Source: Promethearchaeota archaeon
GTDB lineage: Archaea; Asgardarchaeota; Lokiarchaeia; Sigyniarchaeales; Sigyniarchaeaceae
Assembly (NCBI GenBank): GCA_041305945.1
Contig: JBGLND010000001.1
Location: 1,427,753 to 1,451,752 of the forward strand
Direction of reading: 5' to 3'
DNA length: 24,000 nucleotides
The position numbers and the translations under genes are program-made. Below, piece after piece: positions 8,641 to 14,870 of this stretch (position 1 is the stretch's first letter; every line of letters starts with the position of its first letter). The notes beneath the pieces were generated by a model, which saw only the letters and a list, made by a program, of their open reading frames with translations, was not told where the DNA came from and ran no database searches.

Positions 8641-8880
8641 TCATCCTTGCTTTTTATCCTGATCCGATTGGAACAACTTGAACTCCCCCTTGATCTTCGA
8701 CCGCTCTTTCTTGTCGGCCGAGACTTTTTCGAACGAGAGGATGACCGGCGCGTCGCCCTGCAAGGCCGCGTTGATGAAATTGATGAAACCGATTTGCTGG
8801 GTCGGGGGAATGTTAATCTTGAGCTCTATGGGCTTGCGCTGCTTCGGGCTTGTCGTGGATAACACGAGTTTGATTCTCAT
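8641..8880 (-). CDS. hypothetical 79-aa protein; strand-strand-helix-strand-strand pattern (possible beta-grasp), ends in Gly
   Basis: ATG-initiated ORF (8878-8880) downstream of the gelsolin-TM gene on the same strand. Sequence is MRIKLVLS..KPIELKINIPPTQQIGFINFINAALQG..APVILSFEK..GEFKLFQSDQDKKQG. There is no GG terminus and no motif I can name. Confidence 0.4.
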   Translation of the reverse strand: MRIKLVLSTTSPKQRKPIELKINIPPTQQIGFINFINAALQGDAPVILSFEKVSADKKERSKIKGEFKLFQSDQDKKQG

Positions 8881-9054
8881 GCTTTTACCGATCTCCGTGC
8901 TGGTGTGATGATCTAGCGGTCGTGGATTAAAAACACGGCCACAACGGGGCCGGGCGGAACGAACGTTGCATGATGCGAACGCGCCATGTTCTTGGGCATC
9001 CTTGACGCGTGAATCCCGTGAAAAAAGGCGTGAAAAAGAGAAAATAGATGATGT

Positions 9055-9786
9055 TTATTCTTGCGCGATGCGCACGAACTCTGCTACAACACCCAACGTG
9101 AACGGCACGAACGCGACAAGCTCCATGAGTAAAATCAACAACTGGAACACGTCAAGCATCCCGACCCCTGTCAAATCTGGTCGCCAGTTGTTGATGTAGA
9201 GAATGGTAAGAACGCCCACGCCGAGCCCTACAGCCAAGGTAATGACCATGTACGTGCGCTTGGACAGTGCCGAGAAGAGCGCCGCGACGCCGAACGCGAT
9301 CATGCCGAATGCCGTCATCCACGTGAGGGTTTCCAGCCAGCAGTTATTTGCGCTTGAACCACCCAGCATCCCCGCGAAGATGCACTCGTAAGAGTTTGCC
9401 TGGTATGTTGCCAAGTCCATGCTGTATAGCGTGTAAATGATGAAGACAGCCAAGCCGACGCCAGCAAGCCCGGCAACCATGCCTGCAATCGCGAATATCC
9501 GGGTCTTCCCCTGCCCGAGCGGCGAGCCGAGCAACCGCTTGATTTCTTGCTGCAATTCCGGTGCCGGGTTCCTTCCCACCTTCTGGAATTGGAAGCTAGA
9601 ATAGCGATCTCGCAATGAAAGCAAGAGTTTCTTTGCTTCATTCTGATCCTTGATTTTTGATTTCGGGCCATGCCAAATATAAATTACACGTCCTTCCGTG
9701 TCGACAAGCAGCGCGACATCACGCACGCTCAAACGAGGGGACTCTATCCATTTCCCAGCCCTGAACACGTAAGCGAATACTCTCAT
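9055..9786 (-). CDS. gelsolin-like domain protein with four C-terminal transmembrane helices
   Basis: The N-terminal ~90 aa show gelsolin-repeat landmarks: DVALLVDTEGRVIYIWHGPKSKIKDQNEAKKL...FQKVGRNPAPEL (compare gelsolin G4 IIYNWQGAQST...VVQGKEPAHL). Four hydrophobic helices follow: IFAIAGMVAGLAGVGLAVFIIY, WMTAFGMIAFGVAALFSAL, YMVITLAVGLGVGVLTILYI and LLILLMELVAFVPFTLGVV. The ORF track starts at TTG 9813; the first ATG is 9786 (MRVFAYVF). Confidence 0.7.
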   Translation of the reverse strand: MRVFAYVFRAGKWIESPRLSVRDVALLVDTEGRVIYIWHGPKSKIKDQNEAKKLLLSLRDRYSSFQFQKVGRNPAPELQQEIKRLLGSPLGQGKTRIFAIAGMVAGLAGVGLAVFIIYTLYSMDLATYQANSYECIFAGMLGGSSANNCWLETLTWMTAFGMIAFGVAALFSALSKRTYMVITLAVGLGVGVLTILYINNWRPDLTGVGMLDVFQLLILLMELVAFVPFTLGVVAEFVRIAQE

Positions 9787-10286
9787 GTTGTTAACCTTCT
9801 CGTCATTCTTCAACTTTCTTGCAAGGGCGTGGAAGCATTCCCGGGCGTCTCGATGAATCGTGAAGATAATTGCCTCGTGGAAAACCTTGCAAGTCTTCGT
9901 ACTATGTCTAATTTTTGGCTAATGAGCTTTAAATATTTTTCAAAAAAAAAAACCCTACCCTCAAACCACATTTGTCCGGTAAAATAGTTATTCCCTCTCT
10001 CACCTTTCACGCTGATTTTTAAAATAGGACTATCCAGCGGTGTTTCAAGCAAACAACACCATCATGGTCGAGCTGCGTGATTGGCACGATCATGATCTGG
10101 AATTTCGGGTCGTTTCAACCATTATTTTATTCCAGCATCGTGGCGTCGTGCATGTTAGTGTCGTCGAGGTGGAGGACCTCCAGCCCCGACAAGCCTTCGA
10201 GGAACACGCCGAGGTGGTTGAAATAGTTGCCCGATAACGGGAGCTATTTTTTTTTGTAAGCGTCTATTCTATTCATTAGAAGAATA

Positions 10287-10376
10287 TTGAAATGCCTTGA
10301 AATGCCAAAAATGTTGCTGAAATGCCCAGAAATGCTATAGATTTTACTGAAATGACAAAAGTGTTGTGAAAATGCC
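10287..10376 (+). repeat. 10-bp-phased array of YTGAAATGCC units (6 strong, 3 degenerate) overlapping the E2 promoter and start
   Basis: Units start at 10287 ttgaaatgcc, 10297 ttgaaatgcc, 10307 aaaaatgttg, 10317 ctgaaatgcc, 10327 cagaaatgct, 10337 atagatttta, 10347 ctgaaatgac, 10357 aaaagtgttg and 10367 tgaaaatgcc. The last unit contains the E2 ATG (10372). Unit 6 (TATAGATTTTA) is TATA-like. Confidence 0.8.
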
Positions 10377-10866
10377 GTCCCTCCCACTCCCCATCTGGCA
10401 AGAACGAGTCAAGAACGAGCTCGATGTGCTTCGTAATATGAATGCATTGGTCGAGAGTTCGGTTCAAGATTTTGGCGAAACGATACAATTTCTTATCAAC
10501 GTGCGTGCGAAAGGCTTGGTGAAAGATACGAGCAACAAGCTGGTCCCCATGATGGATCACCAGATCCAGATCGAGATCAACCGGGACTTCCCGTATCCCG
10601 GTGGCATCAAGTTCCTTTGGCGTTCACCTATTTTCCACCCGAATATCGACCCGTACGAGACAGGTTACATTTGCCTCAACGTGCTCAAGAAATGGTCGCA
10701 GCTGAGCGACTTGAGCACCACGGTCAAGGCCCTGACAATGTTGATAACGCACCCGAACCCCGAGGATCCCTTGAACTATCCCACGTGCTTGGAAGCGGCC
10801 AAGTATTTCTTCGAGAACCCGCCATCGGAAGAATCGAACGACGATGACATCCTCGTCATCGATTAA
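10372..10866 (+). CDS. ubiquitin-conjugating enzyme E2 (UBC fold) homologue
   Basis: Landmarks are RVKNELDVL (helix 1), FPYPGGIKFLWRSPIFHPNID with HPN at 10636-10644, catalytic Cys in TGYICLNVL (TGC 10672-10674), KKW and HPNPEDPLN. The ORF track starts at GTG 10366; ATG is at 10372. Confidence 0.85.
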   Translation: MPSLPLPIWQERVKNELDVLRNMNALVESSVQDFGETIQFLINVRAKGLVKDTSNKLVPMMDHQIQIEINRDFPYPGGIKFLWRSPIFHPNIDPYETGYICLNVLKKWSQLSDLSTTVKALTMLITHPNPEDPLNYPTCLEAAKYFFENPPSEESNDDDILVID

Positions 10867-10888
10867 CATTCGTTCGTGTTATATTTCC

Positions 10889-10896
10889 TTTTTTTT
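10889..10896 (+). terminator. oligo-T tract (T8) 22 nt after the E2 stop
   Basis: CCTTTTTTTTCAC read directly; archaeal-type oligo-T termination signal. Confidence 0.45.
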
Positions 10897-11107
10897 CACG
10901 TTCCCTCGCTTGGCACACTGGATAAGCGGCATCTCGTGACGCTCGACCCACGATCGTACCGCATCGAGCTCCCGAGTCGTCGTAGGCGTGTAGATATTTA
11001 TTAATGCTTGTAGCGCAAGAATTTCTTAATATACGCTTGAATTACAACCAACGATTATGGCATTGAACATTGTTGGAATACACCACGAGAAACGAGCATG
11101 AGGCATC

Positions 11108-12376
11108 ATGGGAACGTTCGTAGCATATGTCCTGATGGGCGAGGAAGACTTCGTACCCACCAATAAATTAGAAGAGGATCAAGTCGCGTTCATCATTGAC
11201 ATGGAAAAGAAGATCATCTATGCTTGGCACGGGCGCAATTCGAGCAAGCTCCAGCAATACAAGTGCGGGACCAACGCCACGAAATTGAAGTCGAAGCTGC
11301 ACTACTATGGCTTCGGCACGGAGATTATCAAGCAAGGTGGCGAGCCTGCCGAGGTGGCCGTGGAGGTCGAGGAGTTGCTCGCAGGGAAGGGCGAGATACC
11401 GTCCAAGATAAAGGAGACGATCACCGAGGAAGCAATCAAGACGGGCAAGATCGCTGCACCATCATCCGTCGCGGTGCAACCGGAACCAGAGGAACACGTG
11501 GTGCGGCCATCATCTCGAGCAGAACCCCCGCAACCAAGCAGCCTCAAGCCATCCCTTGCCGAAATCGCACGCGTCGAGGCAGAACGCCGGGCCACGATGA
11601 CCACGGAATTGAAACGAGCCGAAGACCTTGCACGGGTCAAGGAAGACAATGAACGACGTGCAAGGGGCGAGGCCCGCGAGAAAGAAGCCGAGGCCTTGTT
11701 GCTGAAACGCAAGCTGGATGAAGAAACGCGGTTCTTGGAAGCTGAATCACGGAAGACCGAGCAGCTCGAGGAAAAATTGAAACAGGAATCGCTCGAGCGC
11801 CATCGCCTCCAGAAATTGATGGAGAAAGAACGGGAGGACATGCGCAAGGAGTACGAGACCCGCATACAGGACGAGATCAAGGCGCGCGTTGACGAGGAAC
11901 AAAAGAAAACCTTGGAATTGCAAGAAGAACTCGATCGCGTGAAGAAAGAACGGGACGATGCCATCAAGTCAAAGGAGCGGGAGATCGAAGAGACCAAGAA
12001 GGACATCGAGACCCTCATGATGGACAAGGACCAGCAGCTCAAGGAACAGATCGATAAGGAGCGGCAAGAGCTGGCGTTGGCCAAGGATGAAGAGAAGGAA
12101 GCCATCAAGGCTCGATATGCCAAGGAAAAGTCGGAGCTCGAATCAAAGGTTAGCGACGAGCAGAAGTCGTTGGAGGCAAAGCTCGAGCAAGAACGCCAGA
12201 TGCGACTGTCCTTGCTCGACCAGGCCTCCCGCGCAGCGCAAGAAGCGGTCGAGCGCGAGGAAAAGGTTCGCGAGGAGGTCGAGAGCAGCGTCCGTGCAGA
12301 GATGGATGCAAAGCTTGCCGCCGAGCACGTTGAAAAGGAACGCCTCGAGAAACGGCGATGTGCGGCCCGCGCATGA
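11108..12376 (+). CDS. gelsolin-like domain protein with Pro/Ser linker and ~260-aa E/K/R-rich coiled coil
   Basis: The N-terminal ~95 aa read DQVAFIIDMEKKIIYAWHGRNSSKLQQYKCGTNATKL...EIIKQGGEPAEV (gelsolin-repeat pattern, paralogous to 9055-9786). The linker is APSSVAVQPEPEE..PPQPSSLKPS. From ~11555 to ~12352 there is an uninterrupted charged heptad-like sequence (EAERRATMTTELKRAEDLARVKEDNERRARGE...EKERLEK). Confidence 0.7.
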   Translation: MGTFVAYVLMGEEDFVPTNKLEEDQVAFIIDMEKKIIYAWHGRNSSKLQQYKCGTNATKLKSKLHYYGFGTEIIKQGGEPAEVAVEVEELLAGKGEIPSKIKETITEEAIKTGKIAAPSSVAVQPEPEEHVVRPSSRAEPPQPSSLKPSLAEIARVEAERRATMTTELKRAEDLARVKEDNERRARGEAREKEAEALLLKRKLDEETRFLEAESRKTEQLEEKLKQESLERHRLQKLMEKEREDMRKEYETRIQDEIKARVDEEQKKTLELQEELDRVKKERDDAIKSKEREIEETKKDIETLMMDKDQQLKEQIDKERQELALAKDEEKEAIKARYAKEKSELESKVSDEQKSLEAKLEQERQMRLSLLDQASRAAQEAVEREEKVREEVESSVRAEMDAKLAAEHVEKERLEKRRCAARA

Positions 12377-12695
12377 ACCCGCGGTGCGCGGCGATGTTCC
12401 GCAGTTTCAAGATGATGTCGGTGCTAGGCACGTCGCGCGGGCATCGTTCTTGGCACGTGAAGCACGTGGAGCACAGCCACAGCAAGTCAGAATTCAAGAG
12501 CTCGTCATCGAGCCCGATCATGGCCTCGCGGATGAGTTCGCGTGTCCGCATTGCCGTGCGACGCCCGCTGGGGCAGCCGCCCGAGCACGTGCCGCATTGA
12601 TAACATGACTTGAACCGTTCATACATCTCGTCTTCGACGATTTCTTCCACGAGTCTTCTATCAATTTTCTTGATGATTTGTGGGTTTAATGCCAT
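12150..12695 (-). CDS. hdrC: HdrC-like 4Fe-4S dicluster protein with aberrant (non-homologous) C-terminal third
   Basis: Two cluster motifs, CYQCGTCSGGCPSGRRT and LWLCSTCFTCQERCPR, then LRNIAAHRGFM..PH, all typical of heterodisulfide reductase subunit C. After about residue 119 (~12348) the ORF is an R/P/A-rich tail lying wholly antisense to the coiled-coil CDS. ATG at 12695 (GTG at 12704 in the track). Confidence 0.6.
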   Translation of the reverse strand: MALNPQIIKKIDRRLVEEIVEDEMYERFKSCYQCGTCSGGCPSGRRTAMRTRELIREAMIGLDDELLNSDLLWLCSTCFTCQERCPRDVPSTDIILKLRNIAAHRGFMRGPHIAVSRGVPFQRARRQALHPSLHGRCSRPPREPFPRARPLLALRGRPGRARTVASGVLARALPPTTSARR

Positions 12696-12755
12696 GAGAT
12701 TCACTCTTTTTTTTATCTTAACGTGTTACGTGCTGTTCCTTTCTTGGTATCATTA

Positions 12756-14483
12756 TTACGCGATCTTGATGACCTTTTGCTTCAAGATGTACGAGTCGAA
12801 CACGGGATAGTTGTTATACGACACCGTGTACCGCTGTATCCAGTCCTTCTTCACCTTGTCGATAAGCTTGGCCATCACGTCGGGTTTTACCTTTGCGGTC
12901 GCGTCAGTCCACAAGGTGTTGCCCATGACCGACGTGACCACCGAGCCGTTCCTGCAGACCACCTCGCCGTTCTTGATGGTATAGGCCGTGTGCCCGAACG
13001 CCTTGATGGCGTCCTTGCCCGTGGCACCCTCGGGCTTGATGTCGTAGATCGCCACCGAGCCCTCGGCGCCGGCACCGAGGTGCCCCTTGTCGTTCATGCC
13101 GAGGCAACGCGCGGTGGCCGCCCTCGTGATCGTCGCGATCTCGGCCAGGGAATATTCACGGTCTTGTTCAGCGAGCTTGCTCCGCTCCGCCGCGAGCTTG
13201 TGGACGCCCGCGAGCGTCTCGGCCCTGTGTTTCCTGTCGATGAGCCATGCGATGACGTCCGGGTAGTGCGTGAATGGCCCGGCGTTGGGATGGTCGGTCG
13301 TCAAGTACACGCGCCACGGGTCCTTGATCATGAGCAGCAGTTCCAGCCCGATTGCCCACTGGATGGCGTTCACGGACACCTTCGGGTCGAAGATGTAGGG
13401 CACGATGCCTGATCCCGACTCGGTCTCCGCGTGCCCGTTTACCCACTTCACGCCGGGTTTCACGCCCCAGGCGCTCTGGCCGGCGATGTGATACAGTGCG
13501 TGCTCCCACGGGCTGTCGGCGGTCATGGTCGTCGTGTTCGCGCCAAGGATGACTTGGCCGACGTCTATGGTCACGTGCGGGTTCTGGTTTATGTATTCCG
13601 CGATGGGCTCGGCACCTGAGCAGAAGTCGTTCCACCCCTTCCCGCCGTACGCGTTGAACTGGCAATGGGTGAGGTGCATCACGTTCTTGCGTTCGCTTGA
13701 TGCCGGCTCTATGCCTTTCACGCTCGCGAGCGTCTGCTTCGTGATGTCGAAGTTCCCGGGGTGCCCGAGGTTGTTCCCGTGCAGGTGGATCGAGTGGGGC
13801 AGGCCCAGCATCTCGTTCACCTTGGCCAAGCTCGTGATGATGTCCCGTGGGCTCACGTCGAAGTAGGCGACCTTGTCTTCGAGGGCACCGAACTCGGATT
13901 TGCCCCACGCCCACATCTCCGAGCCACCAGGATTCACGATCTTCACGGCGTAGCCTTTCGTGGTCTTCAAGAGCCATGCAACGTACGCGGCGAGGCTATC
14001 CATGTCCCCGTTCTTGATGAACTCCATGACGAACCAGTTGTTGCCGAACAGGGGAAACGCGGCTTTGTCGATGATGGGGATGTCGTGGAACTCCTCGTGC
14101 GTGTGCCGTGCCTTGATGGGTGGCATGGCAGGTTCTATGCACGTCGTGTATCCCATCTGCGCGTAGCGGTACCCCGTGATGAACGTGCTGGGCACGGAAT
14201 ACCCCGTGCCTGACCGCGTCGCGTTCGTTTTCCCGACGGGGTCTTTCACGTGGTCCTCGGGGCGGAACAGCCTGCCCATGTTCACCTTCGCACCCGAGAT
14301 GTGCGTGTGGATGTCCACGCCACCCGCCATGACGACCTTCCCGGCGGCATCGATGACCTCTGCATCCCGCGGGACCTCTTTCGGGTCGACGATCCTGCCG
14401 TCCTTGATGCCGATGTCCATTTTATCGTGAATGTTGTTGGCCGGGTCTATCACGAATCCGTTCTTGATGAGCATGCTACCCAT
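12756..14483 (-). CDS. fwdA: formylmethanofuran dehydrogenase subunit A-like amidohydrolase
   Basis: Near-continuous resemblance to methanogen FwdA as I recall it: MLIKNGFV, GGVDIHTHISGAKVNMGRLFRPED, VPSTFITGYRYAQMGYTT, ARHTHEEF, YPLFGNNWFVMEF, AAYVAWLLK.TKGYA.KIVNPGG, LPHSIHLHGNNLGHPGN, TTDHPNAGPFT.YP, AYTIKNGEVV. The track start is TTG 14522; ATGs lie at 14483 and 14474. Confidence 0.8.
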   Translation of the reverse strand: MGSMLIKNGFVIDPANNIHDKMDIGIKDGRIVDPKEVPRDAEVIDAAGKVVMAGGVDIHTHISGAKVNMGRLFRPEDHVKDPVGKTNATRSGTGYSVPSTFITGYRYAQMGYTTCIEPAMPPIKARHTHEEFHDIPIIDKAAFPLFGNNWFVMEFIKNGDMDSLAAYVAWLLKTTKGYAVKIVNPGGSEMWAWGKSEFGALEDKVAYFDVSPRDIITSLAKVNEMLGLPHSIHLHGNNLGHPGNFDITKQTLASVKGIEPASSERKNVMHLTHCQFNAYGGKGWNDFCSGAEPIAEYINQNPHVTIDVGQVILGANTTTMTADSPWEHALYHIAGQSAWGVKPGVKWVNGHAETESGSGIVPYIFDPKVSVNAIQWAIGLELLLMIKDPWRVYLTTDHPNAGPFTHYPDVIAWLIDRKHRAETLAGVHKLAAERSKLAEQDREYSLAEIATITRAATARCLGMNDKGHLGAGAEGSVAIYDIKPEGATGKDAIKAFGHTAYTIKNGEVVCRNGSVVTSVMGNTLWTDATAKVKPDVMAKLIDKVKKDWIQRYTVSYNNYPVFDSYILKQKVIKIA

Positions 14484-14840
14484 GATGAATCGCACTGGTA
14501 CAGTTATGTCGATGATATGCAAGCCCCGTGCCTTCGTTGCACGGCGGCGGAACGAAGAAACCTACCATAGGTCCTTCCATCTTACTGCTATGATATTAGA
14601 TCAGCTGGCCTATGATTTATACATACGTGTTCACGGGCACGGTCGCCCCTTATTGAGTCACGCACTTTCAAAAATAAGTCACGCGCCCCGGCGGGTGGCT
14701 GGTTCCGACGCGGGTACCAGCGCGCGCCCCCGCCCGCGCCAGCCACCACGGGCACGGTGCTTCTGGTCTGGGTTGGAACGCCGCGTGCCCGGTGGTACAA
14801 GAATCGAGCAAAGAAGCGGCTTGCCGGGCCTTGTTTCTGT

Positions 14841-14846
14841 AAAAAA
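14841..14846 (-). terminator. oligo-T tract (T6 on minus strand) 24 nt after the stop of 7-TM paralog A
   Basis: Minus strand reads CATTTTTTACAG downstream of the stop at 14871. Confidence 0.35.
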
Positions 14847-14870
14847 TGTTCGATTTCACCAAGATCATTG

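Noticed and set aside
8905-8911. C-box-like GUGAUGA in the 8881-9054 spacer (possible C/D box sRNA)
   Set aside because: No CUGA D box on either strand within the expected 50-70 nt, and no terminal stem.
9810-10052. 80-aa minus-strand ORF upstream of the gelsolin-TM gene
   Set aside because: It lies in the AT-rich, homopolymer-containing promoter spacer. The composition is implausible, there is no motif, and it would overlap the TTG-extended start only.
10287-10376. Possible CRISPR-like array
   Set aside because: The period is only 10 bp, there are no unique spacers and no cas genes. It is a phased promoter-proximal motif array, not a CRISPR array.
11305-12123. 272-aa S/R-rich minus-strand ORF
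   Set aside because: Antisense to the E/K-rich coiled-coil CDS. Antisense frames of GAG/AAG/GAA-rich sequence rarely contain stops, so a long open frame is expected by chance.
12723-13977. 229-aa (+) and 269-aa (-, other frame) ORFs inside the fwdA region
   Set aside because: They overlap the strongly supported fwdA reading frame. The products are R/H/P-rich with no motifs.
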